A stretch of DNA of 64,000 nucleotides from an uncultured Eubacteriales bacterium (GTDB taxonomy: Bacteria; Acidobacteriota; Aminicenantia; Aminicenantales; Aminicenantaceae). The notes below the pieces were generated by a model. It worked only from the letters and a program-made list of their open reading frames with translations. It had not been told where the DNA came from and did not search any database. Shown here one piece after another: positions 1-9,880 of the stretch. The stretch covers positions 96,826 to 160,825 of the forward strand of contig CAZIDF010000001.1 in assembly GCA_964538085.1 (NCBI GenBank), in the 5' to 3' direction. The position numbers and the translations under genes are program-made. The first letter of the stretch is position 1; every line of letters starts with the position of its first letter.

Positions 1-1
1 G

Positions 2-1264
2 ATGCTGACTCTGCTGGCTATGGAACAATGCAAAACGGCACGGGAGGCCATCAAGCTGATGGGAACCCTGGGCGAAAAATACGGGTACGGCTACAGCGAT
101 ACAGGAGAGATGCTGGCCGTGGCCGATCCCAACGAGGTGTGGATCTTCGAGATCATGCCCGTGGGTCCGCTGTGGACACCCAAAAGCGGAAAACCCGGCG
201 CTATCTGGTGTGCCCAGAGGGTGCCGGATGACCATGTCAGTGTCTGCCCGAACCAATCCCGCATCGGAGAGATAAATCTGGACGATCCAGACTATTTTAT
301 GGCATCGTCCAATGTCATCTCGTATGCGGTCGAAAAAGGATATTACGATCCTGACAGCGGCGAACCTTTCAACTGGAAAAAGGCCTATTCCCCCTCGGAA
401 ACGAGCGCGGCAAGCTCCAAGGGCTCCAGGGCCCGATTATGGCGCTTTTTCGATCTCGTCGCACCCTCTCAGGAGTTCAGTCCCGACACCCCCAACATGG
501 ATCTTCCGTTTTCGGTCAAACCGGAAAAGAAACTTTCGGCCAAAGATGTCATGGCCATGACTCGGGATAAATATGAGGGGACTGACTACAATCCAGCGCG
601 GGGATTGCAGGGTGGACCTTTCGCCAATCCCAACTTCCTACCCTATGGATTCACCCTGGATGAACAACCGTACAACACCCCACGGGTCATAGGGGTGAAC
701 CGGGCGGAATACGTGACCGTTACCCAATGCCGCGACTGGTTGCCCCATCCTATCGGGGGGATCGTGTGGTTGGCCTTCGGCGCTCAGGATACATCTTGTT
801 ACATGCCTCTGTATGCAGGGATCACTCGCATTCCCCACTCCTTCGAGATCGGGGACCACTGGGTATTCAACCGGGAGTCAGCCAGGTGGGCTTTCGACTA
901 CGTGGATTTCCACACACAAACCGTTTACTCTCATGCCATACAGGATGTGCGTAAGGCTCAAGAGGAATGGGAAGGAAAAGCGTTATCGAGAGTCGAATCG
1001 ACAGACGGAGTGGCCCTCGAACTGTATAAAAAAGATCCGGCCGAGGCCAGCGTGTATTTGACCGATTACAGCAACAATCAGGCTAACGCTGTCGTGAATG
1101 AGTGGTGGAAACTGGGAGATGATCTACTCGTCAAGTACAATAAAATGTGGATGTATGACGCCAAAACACGGGAAAGAAACAGGCTGGAATTCCCGGAATG
1201 GTACCTGAAAGAACTGATCAAACAAAACCAATTGAAGCCCGAGAAACCAGAAGAAAAAAGGTGA
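2..1264 (+). CDS. C69 family dipeptidase (5'-truncated at window edge)
   Basis: 420-aa ORF open at the window start. Sequence looks like the body and C-terminus of peptidase C69 dipeptidases (PepD-like); the N-terminal catalytic Cys region lies outside the window. Confidence 0.75.
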   Translation: MLTLLAMEQCKTAREAIKLMGTLGEKYGYGYSDTGEMLAVADPNEVWIFEIMPVGPLWTPKSGKPGAIWCAQRVPDDHVSVCPNQSRIGEINLDDPDYFMASSNVISYAVEKGYYDPDSGEPFNWKKAYSPSETSAASSKGSRARLWRFFDLVAPSQEFSPDTPNMDLPFSVKPEKKLSAKDVMAMTRDKYEGTDYNPARGLQGGPFANPNFLPYGFTLDEQPYNTPRVIGVNRAEYVTVTQCRDWLPHPIGGIVWLAFGAQDTSCYMPLYAGITRIPHSFEIGDHWVFNRESARWAFDYVDFHTQTVYSHAIQDVRKAQEEWEGKALSRVESTDGVALELYKKDPAEASVYLTDYSNNQANAVVNEWWKLGDDLLVKYNKMWMYDAKTRERNRLEFPEWYLKELIKQNQLKPEKPEEKR

Positions 1265-1321
1265 TTCGAACAGGAAAATAGATTAGAATAAATGGGAATC
1301 ATTGGAAGGAGCAAATTTTAA

Positions 1322-1984
1322 ATGAATAATTTCAAACGACCTTCATTATCAGTTTTTGCCGTGGGCTTGTTGCTCTTCGTTTTTGTTTCGGGAGCAACAG
1401 CCGAAGACATCCCCAAAAGTAGCCTGCCTGTGCTCACAACATCTGCAGGACAGAGCGCGGACGTGGAAACACTGAACGTGATCTGCGAGGAAGCCGGTGT
1501 ACAATACGATTACTGCGATGTGCCCACAGTGGATCTTATCAAAGCTGGAGTGGGGCTTGCAGATAAGGAATCAGGTACGGGCTTTCACGTGGAAGTGAAC
1601 ACGGACCTAACCGCTTATCCCAAAGGCACTCCGTATAAAACCATCATCTTTGCCATAGGGGCAAGCTTGAAGGGAATGGGAGCTTCCGGCCTGACCGTGG
1701 ATGCAGAGGTCAAACGCTTGAAAGAAATAATCGATTACTGCAAACAGGAGAAGCTCTTCATCATCGCCATGCACGCTGCCGGGACATCCGGGAGAGGCGC
1801 GCCGGGCAGCGACAACGAAAAGATGATCGATACCGTAGCACCGTTTGCGGACTACATCATCGTGGCAACCGACAGCAACAAAGACGGGCGTTTCGACTCC
1901 ATCGCCAAAGACAAAGGAATCCCTCTCACTCAAGTGGAATACGCATTGGAGATCGTGGACATTCTCAAACAGGTTTTCGAATAG
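1322..1984 (+). CDS. hypothetical secreted protein (signal peptide; possible DUF6305-like)
   Basis: 220 aa. N-terminal hydrophobic signal segment (LSVFAVGLLLFVFVSGATA). GGAAGGA Shine-Dalgarno (SD) 8 nt upstream of ATG. Follows the dipeptidase in the same orientation. Confidence 0.5.
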   Translation: MNNFKRPSLSVFAVGLLLFVFVSGATAEDIPKSSLPVLTTSAGQSADVETLNVICEEAGVQYDYCDVPTVDLIKAGVGLADKESGTGFHVEVNTDLTAYPKGTPYKTIIFAIGASLKGMGASGLTVDAEVKRLKEIIDYCKQEKLFIIAMHAAGTSGRGAPGSDNEKMIDTVAPFADYIIVATDSNKDGRFDSIAKDKGIPLTQVEYALEIVDILKQVFE

Positions 1985-2032
1985 ACTAGGCAAGCTGATA
2001 CGTCGGCCCGAGGATTTTTCCCAGAGTGATAA

Positions 2033-3457
2033 TTACACGGGTTTCTTTTGGATTTCTAGGCTTTGAGCCGTTGATTTGATAAGCTCGAAAGCCTTTTCCA
2101 CTTCTGGCTCATGGGTACGGAAACCCAGGATGCACACGCGGAGGACAAATTCACCGTTCAATCGGGTGGAAGTCAAATAGAGCTTTTTGCTTTCAACGAT
2201 CTTTTTCAACAGCTTTCGGTTGAATGCCTCTAAATCTCCATTCTTGGGACTGTAACGGAAGGCAAACGCGGAAAGCTGGGGGCGGGATAGGCATTCGAAT
2301 CCTGGTTCCTCGACTAATCGCTGATGGATCCATTGGGTCAACTCGAGTTTTTCAGCAAGATTTTCACGGAAAGCCTGCAAGCCAAAGAGCTTTATAGGAA
2401 GCCACACGCGGAGTCCCCGGAACGATCGAGACAATTCAGGAGAATAATCCGCTGCATCCCATTCATGCTCGGGGACCTGGTGATCCTGTATGTAGTCTGC
2501 GCTCATCACATGAGCGCGGCGGAGGAGCTCGCCATCCCGGACTAAAAGGCTTCCGGTACCGTAAGGGATAAAAAGACCCTTGTGGGGGTCGAGAACCACA
2601 GAATCCGAACGCTGGATACCCTTGAGTTCTTTTTTCCCTTTTTCGCAGAGATTGAAAAATCCCCCGTAAGCCGCATCCACGTGATACCACAGACCGAATC
2701 TGTCGGCCACATCTGCCAACTGTTCGAGAGGATCGACAGCGCCAGTATTGGTCGTCCCGGCATTTCCCACGAGTAAGAAAGGTTTCAGCCCCATTTGCAG
2801 ATCCTCTTTTATTGCCTGTTCGAAACAATCCGGAATGGCCCGGAAATTTTCATCCACATCCAGCATCCGGATATTCTTTTCCGGGATCCCTGCCTGGCTC
2901 GCCACCTTCATCACGCAATGATGGGTTTGGTTGGACATGTAGATCGTCCCCTTGCTCAAATCATCCCCGAGCAAAAATTTTCTTGCGGTGACGATGGCGC
3001 TGAAATTCGCCAGAGATCCACCGGATGTCAAAATGCCTCGGGCGGATTCAGGATACCCCATCCAGTAGATGAACCAGTCCAACAAGATCTTTTCAATCCG
3101 GGCCAAAGCCGGGGCGGCAAAACTGACACCCACATACCTATTCGTCGCAGCTGAGATAAAATCGGCGATCGCCGAAGGGAACAGACCACCGGCAGGAATA
3201 TACCCCATAAAGGAGGGATGGGGATGGGTGATAGAGGCCGGGATAGCCTTGTTCATCAGGAAATCCAAGATGGGCTCAAAATCCATTCCTTTCTCCGGAG
3301 GAGGCTCGGACAAAAATTCGGCGATCTGGGGAAATCGATCCAGATCGTTGCAGGATGCATCGGGTAATTTTTCGATATGTTCCACCACCTGCCTCAGAAC
3401 CATATCCCCCATCCTGAGCATCTCTTCCCGAGATAGTTCTAAATTTGTGACTTTCAT
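2033..3457 (-). CDS. PLP-dependent group II amino-acid decarboxylase (aromatic-L-amino-acid/tyrosine decarboxylase-like)
   Basis: 474 aa. 'DPHKGLFIPYGTGSLLVRD' segment carries the PLP-lysine context typical of group II decarboxylases, with conserved HVDAAYGG upstream. Confidence 0.8.
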   Translation of the reverse strand: MKVTNLELSREEMLRMGDMVLRQVVEHIEKLPDASCNDLDRFPQIAEFLSEPPPEKGMDFEPILDFLMNKAIPASITHPHPSFMGYIPAGGLFPSAIADFISAATNRYVGVSFAAPALARIEKILLDWFIYWMGYPESARGILTSGGSLANFSAIVTARKFLLGDDLSKGTIYMSNQTHHCVMKVASQAGIPEKNIRMLDVDENFRAIPDCFEQAIKEDLQMGLKPFLLVGNAGTTNTGAVDPLEQLADVADRFGLWYHVDAAYGGFFNLCEKGKKELKGIQRSDSVVLDPHKGLFIPYGTGSLLVRDGELLRRAHVMSADYIQDHQVPEHEWDAADYSPELSRSFRGLRVWLPIKLFGLQAFRENLAEKLELTQWIHQRLVEEPGFECLSRPQLSAFAFRYSPKNGDLEAFNRKLLKKIVESKKLYLTSTRLNGEFVLRVCILGFRTHEPEVEKAFELIKSTAQSLEIQKKPV

Positions 3458-3672
3458 GGCCTACCTTTCATGTTATCGATTTGAATTATGCCCATATGAT
3501 AAATCAAAACCGTTACAAAGATACAGTTTTGTAAGCTGAAACTTCAGACCGATTTAGAATTATCATGCTTGTGGAATCGCTTTGAATAAAAAATTGCCTG
3601 TTGGTTATTAGACTGTTATCTAGTATCATAGGATTTTGCTCTAACACTGCTGTTAAGGGAAAGCCTGACAAC

Positions 3673-4920
3673 ATGAAACTCTTAAGTAAAAAAAACACAT
3701 TCACCCCTTTTATCGTCATTTTCATCCTTCTCATAGTCCCGGACTCAGCTCTCACCACCAAACAAGTGCAGGATCTTCAACTCCAACATGAAGCGATCGC
3801 GATCAACATCGAAGTGCCGGTGAGAGTTTTTAAAGGGGATGTATTCATCGACGATCTATCCCTCGATGATTTTGAGCTTTACGAAGAGGGAAAACTCCAG
3901 AAAATTGAGGCGGTCTATCTGATCAAAAAAAAATCCATCGAAAAAGAAGAGAGCCAAAAGGAAAAAGAGGAAGCGAGAAAAATCTACCGCCCTCAAGTCT
4001 CTCGCTATTTTGTTTTCGTATTCGCGGTGTATGAATACCTGCCTAAGATCAACGAGATACTCGATTATTTTTTCGATGAGGTTTACCTTCCCGGAGACAC
4101 TCTGAACATCGCAACCCCAGTCAAAACTTACAACCTGAATTCCAAAGCCATTGCAGAAAATATTTCCAGCGAAGAGATCAAGAATAGGATGAAGCTCATA
4201 TTGCGCAGAGATATCCGCATCGCTAGCGGTACATACAATACTCTCATAAGGGATCTCGAAGCGTTTGCCCTTGAATCGGATGCAGAAAACTACATGAGAA
4301 CAATGAGCGAACTCCAAAAATTCCGGTATGTCGACCTCAGCGTTATGGAAGGATTTGCCAGTTATTTGAAGATGAAAGAAGGCCAAAAACATGTGTTTTT
4401 GCTCTACCAACAGGAAAACATTCCCCTGATCGGCGATTTTGCCGATATGACCAGTGCCGATGTTGAAATTTATGATCCGACACGCCCGCAAGGCATGGAC
4501 ATGGCTTCTCAGGTTTATATAACAGACCTTCTGCAGAGCATCACATTCGATACAGAAAAAATCAAGAATCTTTTTGCTGACTCTTCCATCGCCGCTCATT
4601 TCTTATATGTCACAAAACCCCTAATCGACAGTATCGATATCGAAAGGCAAGGATCACAGAAAGGATTAAGACATAAGGATATCACCGAGGACGTGTACAA
4701 CGCCTTTTTACAAATAGCCAAGGACACAGGGGGTATCATCGAAAGCTCTGCCAATGTCTCCAGTGCCTTTCAAAAGGCGGCCTTTGCTTCAGAGAACTAC
4801 TATCTCCTGTATTATTCCCCAACAGATTACAAGACGGACGGAAAATTCAAGAAAATCAGGGTCAGAGTAAAAGGAAAAAATTATCGGATCAATCACCGGG
4901 CAGGATATATCGCGGATTAA
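3673..4920 (+). CDS. VWFA-related Acidobacterial-domain (TIGR03436-like) protein, paralog A
   Basis: Start moved to MKLLSKKN (hydrophobic N-terminus). Has the family N-terminal signature AINIEVPVRVFKGDVFIDDLSLDDFELYEEGKLQKIEAVYL and the C-terminal YYLLYYSP...GKFKKIRVRVKGKNYRINHRAGY signature. A paralog sits at 13337..14566. Confidence 0.55.
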   Translation: MKLLSKKNTFTPFIVIFILLIVPDSALTTKQVQDLQLQHEAIAINIEVPVRVFKGDVFIDDLSLDDFELYEEGKLQKIEAVYLIKKKSIEKEESQKEKEEARKIYRPQVSRYFVFVFAVYEYLPKINEILDYFFDEVYLPGDTLNIATPVKTYNLNSKAIAENISSEEIKNRMKLILRRDIRIASGTYNTLIRDLEAFALESDAENYMRTMSELQKFRYVDLSVMEGFASYLKMKEGQKHVFLLYQQENIPLIGDFADMTSADVEIYDPTRPQGMDMASQVYITDLLQSITFDTEKIKNLFADSSIAAHFLYVTKPLIDSIDIERQGSQKGLRHKDITEDVYNAFLQIAKDTGGIIESSANVSSAFQKAAFASENYYLLYYSPTDYKTDGKFKKIRVRVKGKNYRINHRAGYIAD

Positions 4921-4966
4921 ATTTTTTTTGGGAAAGGGCATTCTTGCTTAATAAGGGAGAAAAAAT

Positions 4967-7300
4967 ATGTCGGTCGCAATGAAGGCTCTCAAACTGATCT
5001 CCTATTTTGTTTTACTTGGAATATTGATTCTCGCTATCCAGTTCCAAGTATTCGCTCAAGAACCTGTGCCACGAACTTCATACTTGGAATACGCCAAAAA
5101 AGCGGCGGACCACACATGGCAAAATTACGATAGCCTGATTCAGCGCTGGAAAGAGGGATTCGATCCTGAAAGTGTGTTCGGCTACCGTCCTCCAGGGGGC
5201 CTGCTGGAGATGGCTGTCATTTATACCTATCTGTATGAGCAGGAAAAGAATCCGGAACATGCTATCCGTGCCAAAAAAATCCTTCTCACCTATCCCGACT
5301 ACAGAGCCGCTTATCCCGAATGGGCGAAGAAAAAACGCCCGGACTATGAGGATGGAATCCCTATGCTCCCGGATTTTTTTACCGTGATGCGTTATCTCAG
5401 GGCTTATGATGCTCTGAAAAAAACCGATTTTTTAGATGCAAGCGAAAACCGGATGATCCAGGAAAACATCGCCCAAAGCATGACTTACGTCCTTCGAACC
5501 CAGGAATGGGGGCCGATGAACCGAACAGCCCTAAGGGCGGAATCCCTGGCGTGGGCTGTTCGGACAATGCCCGACCATCCGGACACCAAAAAATGGGAGA
5601 TGCAGCGCAGGGCTCTGGGAGACGACAACTGGGGGAACTGGCAGATCGAAGATGCCACCATTTATCACGGGGTTTGGTTATACGCTTTGTTGGGGTATGC
5701 GGACGCGATGGGCAAATTAGGTGAGCTCCTGGATACACCAGAAATGTTTTATTATGCCCAATATTTTCTCCACTTGATGTGCCCCGCAGGCATGATCCCG
5801 GATTTCGGGGATGCCAACTGGATGGCCAATTGGCCACGTTTTTTGGTCTTTTTCGAGGCCGCAGCCAATCACTACCAGGATCCCCGGCTAAAATGGGCGG
5901 CCAGCACGATCGGGCGTAAATTCATCGACTTCGACGATCCTAAAAATATAGGGCTCGCTTACAATTTTTTGGACTGCTATCTCTGGGGTGGAGATGGTAT
6001 CCCTGTCCAGCCACCGGATTCTATGTCCGAAGAGGTGATGGAGGATGTGCAGGGGAAAAAGATAGTATTTCGAAACGGCTGGGATCCGGAAGCCTCCTAT
6101 CTTTTATTGAATTACAGGGATGAGGGTGACGGGGGTTTGAATTTCCGGGACTATTTACGGGATACCATTCCAGTGGAAGAAGAAAAAATGACCCACGGGC
6201 ACGCGGATGAAAACAGCATAGTTTTACTGATGTCCGGAGGCTCAGTTCTCCTCCACGATGGAGGCTACCGTGATTATATGCCCAGCGGTCCTTTCGGTGC
6301 CTATCGACAGGATTATTTTCACAACCGGTTATGTGTGAGGCCTGAAAAAATCTGGATGGGCCAGAATCAGGGGGAATTCCGGTACAGCATACGGGATGCT
6401 ATCCCTGGGCAGGGCGTTCTTGATTTCCTGCACAATGCTGGCTCCTATCGCCGGGTTCGCACACAGAAGGTGGACTTTCTGAGTCTGGATGATTTCGATT
6501 ACAGCCGCACGCGGCTGACGGACGAAAGCATGGGCTACACGTGGGACAGAGTCATCGCCTATGTCAAAGATGCGGGGATGTTTGTCGTATTCGACATCTT
6601 CAAATCCCTGAAGGAAGAATATTTCACTCTGGCCAATCTGTGGCACACCCGCAAAATATTAGCTCAAGGGAATCATTGGTATGACACGGTTTATGACAGA
6701 ATCCAAAACGACGAACTTCCACTCGATCAACACCTGCTGATTTTATTCCCGGAAACCCATTTCAGGTTGGAGGGGATTGAACAGGAGAAACGGCATTACC
6801 AGCCGGAGATCATGATCCACCAAACCACGGCTCAACATTTCGAACTGGGTGAAACTGTTGGTTTTATCACTGTCCTCATTCCCCTCGGGCGAGATAAAAA
6901 CCCTGAAAAATGGCTGGATAAGATCCGAGCTATCCAAATAGATCCTGACCGGGCAGGACTTGGCGTTGAGATCGACTCCGGAGACCGAAGCATCGTCATC
7001 GGGGTGAAAAACGATCTGCGCATGGATATGGCCAGGGACTGGCGCCGCCCGAGGTACACCTATGAAGCGGGAAAAATAGGATTTGGGGAATTTGAAACCA
7101 ACGGCGATTTCCTGTTCGCTTCCCTTAAAAATTCGAAGCTAGCCTACACGATCATCAACCTGACAAAGGCTTTTTTCAAGGATAAACCATTATTCGAAGC
7201 CAAGTCCTCTTTTTTTGGCCTGGCATTCGATGCTAGCCCGTATACAGGGGGACTGGGAAAAATTCGATACTGGAGAGACGAAGTCGTCATAAACAGATGA
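4967..7300 (+). CDS. secreted heparinase II/III-like / polysaccharide-lyase-family protein
   Basis: 777 aa with N-terminal signal/TM segment. Alpha-helical N-terminal half and beta-rich C-terminal half as in heparinase II/III and alginate-lyase-like proteins. Family call is from overall resemblance only. Confidence 0.4.
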   Translation: MSVAMKALKLISYFVLLGILILAIQFQVFAQEPVPRTSYLEYAKKAADHTWQNYDSLIQRWKEGFDPESVFGYRPPGGLLEMAVIYTYLYEQEKNPEHAIRAKKILLTYPDYRAAYPEWAKKKRPDYEDGIPMLPDFFTVMRYLRAYDALKKTDFLDASENRMIQENIAQSMTYVLRTQEWGPMNRTALRAESLAWAVRTMPDHPDTKKWEMQRRALGDDNWGNWQIEDATIYHGVWLYALLGYADAMGKLGELLDTPEMFYYAQYFLHLMCPAGMIPDFGDANWMANWPRFLVFFEAAANHYQDPRLKWAASTIGRKFIDFDDPKNIGLAYNFLDCYLWGGDGIPVQPPDSMSEEVMEDVQGKKIVFRNGWDPEASYLLLNYRDEGDGGLNFRDYLRDTIPVEEEKMTHGHADENSIVLLMSGGSVLLHDGGYRDYMPSGPFGAYRQDYFHNRLCVRPEKIWMGQNQGEFRYSIRDAIPGQGVLDFLHNAGSYRRVRTQKVDFLSLDDFDYSRTRLTDESMGYTWDRVIAYVKDAGMFVVFDIFKSLKEEYFTLANLWHTRKILAQGNHWYDTVYDRIQNDELPLDQHLLILFPETHFRLEGIEQEKRHYQPEIMIHQTTAQHFELGETVGFITVLIPLGRDKNPEKWLDKIRAIQIDPDRAGLGVEIDSGDRSIVIGVKNDLRMDMARDWRRPRYTYEAGKIGFGEFETNGDFLFASLKNSKLAYTIINLTKAFFKDKPLFEAKSSFFGLAFDASPYTGGLGKIRYWRDEVVINR

Positions 7301-7358
7301 TCCTCAGGCCAACTAGGCTATACTGATCAAAAAAAAATAATCAAACCCAATCAAGTCC

Positions 7359-7403
7359 TTGACAAATCTAATTATTTTGATTATTCTGATTATTCTGAAT
7401 AAT
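7359..7403 (+). promoter_or_regulatory. sigma-70-like promoter with overlapping operator palindrome upstream of the AbrB-arsM operon
   Basis: TTGACA (7359-7364), 17-nt spacer, TATTCT (7382-7387). A 15-bp perfect palindrome ATTATTCTGAATAAT (7389-7403), preceded by a tandem TGATTATTC repeat, overlaps the -10/+1. AGGAGG SD at 7414-7419; ATG at 7430. Confidence 0.4.
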
Positions 7404-7429
7404 ATGATTTATCAGGAGGGCCACACAAG

Positions 7430-7720
7430 ATGACTCAAGAAGAAAAGTCAGAATTTGGCTGTGAATCCGGCAGAAAAAACTGGGGATGTTGTACAGTAGA
7501 GTCTGTGGTCAGCATCGATGAGCGGGGTCAAATGGTTCTTCCCAAGGAGATTCGGGAAAAGTCAAAAATCTGTGCTGGGGATAAATTGGTCGTGATCTCG
7601 ATTGAAAAGGATGGCAAGTTTTGCTGTCTGTCCTTGATCAAGGCCCAAGATTTCGAAGGGATGGTCAAAAACCTGTTATCTCCGATAATGGCAGATACAA
7701 AAACGAAAAGGAGCGTCTGA
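7430..7720 (+). CDS. AbrB/SpoVT-family DNA-binding protein with vicinal cysteine pairs
   Basis: 96 aa. Swapped-hairpin core VVSIDERGQMVLPKEIREKSKICAGDKLVV is flanked by CESGRKNWGCC and KFCCLSL. The stop TGA overlaps the arsM ATG (tgATG). Confidence 0.65.
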   Translation: MTQEEKSEFGCESGRKNWGCCTVESVVSIDERGQMVLPKEIREKSKICAGDKLVVISIEKDGKFCCLSLIKAQDFEGMVKNLLSPIMADTKTKRSV

Positions 7721-8574
7721 TGAAACAGAACCCAAAATTAAGCGATAAAAAAATCAAAGGGATCGTCAAGGAACGCTATTCACAAATTGCCAAGCATAAC
7801 TCCTCCTGTTGCGATCAAACAGAACGATACTGCGGACCGTCAAACATGGCGGAACACATTGGCAAAGTCATCGGATACAGTGAACTGGAACTCGGTTCAG
7901 TCCCAGAAAACGCCAATCTTGGACTCGGGTGTGGCAATCCTGTAGCTCTCGCCTCTCTTCAAAAAGGCGAAACGGTTCTGGATCTAGGCTCTGGCGCGGG
8001 TTTCGACTGCTTTCTCGCTGCCAAAAGAGTCGGCAAAAACGGGAAAGTGATTGGCGTGGACATGACGTTTGATATGGTAGAGAAAGCCAGAGAAAATGCT
8101 CAAAAAGGCCGGTATGAAAACGTGGAGTTCTTGTTGGGAGAGATCGAGAATATACCTTTGGAGCCGGAATCCGTGGATGTGATAATCTCCAATTGCGTGA
8201 TAAATCTTTCGCCGGACAAAAAAAAAGTTTTCCAGGAAACATTTAGAGTTCTCAAACCTGGAGGCAGATTAATGATTTCAGACTTGGTCCTGTTGAAGGA
8301 CCTGCCAGAATCTGTCAAAGAATCTGTCCAGGCTTACACTGGCTGTATCGCAGGTGCCATGAGAAAAGAAGAATACATAAAACTCATCCAGGACGCCGGT
8401 TTTCAGCATATCGATGTTCAAGGGGAAGAATTCTTCTCTCTCGGTTTGGAATCAGAAGATGCTATGGCAAAAGCTATCGTTGAGGAGACGAAGATCCCCC
8501 TTGAACAACTCAAAGAAATTGCCAGTTCTGTGGTGAGTATTAAGATAGGTGCGGCAAAACCGATGTGCGGATAA
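7720..8574 (+). CDS. arsM: arsenite S-adenosylmethionine methyltransferase
   Basis: SAM motif [11 protein letters not shown]. ArsM-conserved cysteines: N-terminal CC...[15 protein letters not shown] and YTGCIAGA. In-frame ATG at 7720, coupled to the upstream ORF. Confidence 0.8.
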   Translation: MKQNPKLSDKKIKGIVKERYSQIAKHNSSCCDQTERYCGPSNMAEHIGKVIGYSELELGSVPENANLGLGCGNPVALASLQKGETVLDLGSGAGFDCFLAAKRVGKNGKVIGVDMTFDMVEKARENAQKGRYENVEFLLGEIENIPLEPESVDVIISNCVINLSPDKKKVFQETFRVLKPGGRLMISDLVLLKDLPESVKESVQAYTGCIAGAMRKEEYIKLIQDAGFQHIDVQGEEFFSLGLESEDAMAKAIVEETKIPLEQLKEIASSVVSIKIGAAKPMCG

Positions 8575-8586
8575 GACCCCTTCCCC

Positions 8587-9837
8587 CTAGAACCGGAACA
8601 GGTTGTTACCCAGTTTTTTCTTCTCCTCGTTCCATCTTTTCACCAAATAGGGTTTTTCCTCTTCGAACACCCTGACGATCTTTTCAAAATATTCCTCGCA
8701 CTCCTTGATATCCATGTGAATGGTCTTATTCACGAAGGAGAGGATCCGGGAATGGTAAAACGGGATCATGGACTCTACGATCATTTGCTTCGGGATCTGG
8801 TTGTTACGGTAGGCAATGGCGAAATTGAACAGGATACGTGCCCAGAGATCGCTGCTGTAATAGAATTTTTCTTTGGGGATATTTTTTATTTTTTTGATTT
8901 CGGTAAATTCTTCATTGGGAAGGATATTTTTCCATACTTCCCCATACCGATCAAAACCTTGGACAAAACTAACGTAGAGGGCATCTGTATCCACAGAAAC
9001 TGGTGGAGGAGTCTCCATGGCTCCCAACCCGAATCCAAAAATGCTGCTCGGCCAGCTTTCTGATGTGTCTTTCCAGAAATATTCGAAGTCAATCATCAGC
9101 TCGAAAAAGGTCATGATCACCTGCTTGAACATCGGCCCCAGGTGTTTTGCCGGATCCTTGGCTCGATGAGATTTTGGGGAACCCAAGAAGGTTTGACAGA
9201 CCTTGAACCTGCGGGCGATGGCGACAGTGGTCATCCAGATATCGATCCCGAAATGAGCCACGTTTTCTGTCCAGGTTTTTTCGGACAGGAATGCTTGAGC
9301 CAGCCGTCTTGAAAAACCGAAATCTCCCCCGATGGGTTGTCTAACTCTAAGCCCGAAAAGGGTTCTCAAAAGCGGATAAGCGATGTGATTGGTGATGGAA
9401 CCATCGTATTTGTGGCGGATATAGATGGGAGTCACATAGTTGAAGCCTGCAAACAGGGGCTCCCCCAGGTATTGGATCCACTGGGGCGTTATGCTCTGAA
9501 GATCGGCATCCACGACAACGGCAGCTTTAGCCTCGAGCTCGACGACGGCCTCGAATAAATTCCTCAGGTTGTTCCCCTTTCCTCGAATATCCCCCGTTGT
9601 CGAAATGTAAATCTTGGGAACATCGGTGGGAGTGTTCAAAAAGGCTGTTTTTGTCCCATCCGGCGAATTGTTGTCAATATTGATGATAACGGATTTTTTA
9701 TCCGGAAAAAACTTGCACAATCCTTGACTGGCCATCTTGGTGGGATGAGAGATGGAATCAGCTTCATTAAAGGAAGGTATCCCCACGACAAAGTCGGCTT
9801 TTTTTACATGTTCAGGATTTTCGATAATCACATCCAT
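8587..9837 (-). CDS. GT-A fold glycosyltransferase, GT78-like (mannosylglycerate/glucosylglycerate synthase-like), paralog A
   Basis: VVGIPSFNE N-terminus and DADLQSITPQWI (DxD) motif. RQPIGGDFGFSRR and FGIDIWMTT blocks resemble those I recall from Rhodothermus mannosylglycerate synthase. Paralog at 41688..42926. Confidence 0.5.
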   Translation of the reverse strand: MDVIIENPEHVKKADFVVGIPSFNEADSISHPTKMASQGLCKFFPDKKSVIINIDNNSPDGTKTAFLNTPTDVPKIYISTTGDIRGKGNNLRNLFEAVVELEAKAAVVVDADLQSITPQWIQYLGEPLFAGFNYVTPIYIRHKYDGSITNHIAYPLLRTLFGLRVRQPIGGDFGFSRRLAQAFLSEKTWTENVAHFGIDIWMTTVAIARRFKVCQTFLGSPKSHRAKDPAKHLGPMFKQVIMTFFELMIDFEYFWKDTSESWPSSIFGFGLGAMETPPPVSVDTDALYVSFVQGFDRYGEVWKNILPNEEFTEIKKIKNIPKEKFYYSSDLWARILFNFAIAYRNNQIPKQMIVESMIPFYHSRILSFVNKTIHMDIKECEEYFEKIVRVFEEEKPYLVKRWNEEKKKLGNNLFRF

Positions 9838-9880
9838 AGGTGTTTCCTTTTCGCCAATAATAGAATGAACCGGACAAGAG

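Noticed and set aside
3856-4599. 247-aa antisense ORF inside the VWFA-related gene
   Set aside because: Fully embedded antisense to a well-supported CDS, with a Phe/Leu-rich translation typical of antisense reading of AT-rich coding DNA. The same reasoning was applied to 11606..12283, 16104..16838, 36413..37012, 31597..32103, 32553..33029 and similar embedded ORFs.
5657-5668. TTATCACGG 9-mer (MITE TIR core) inside the lyase-like CDS
   Set aside because: Single short match with no inverted partner or flanking repeat. Expected by chance about once in 64 kb on two strands.
7430-8574. Possibility that the AbrB-like ORF and arsM are one frameshifted gene
   Set aside because: The AbrB domain is complete. 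arsM has its own in-frame ATG overlapping the upstream TGA (tgATG), a classic coupling junction. No evidence of a frameshift.
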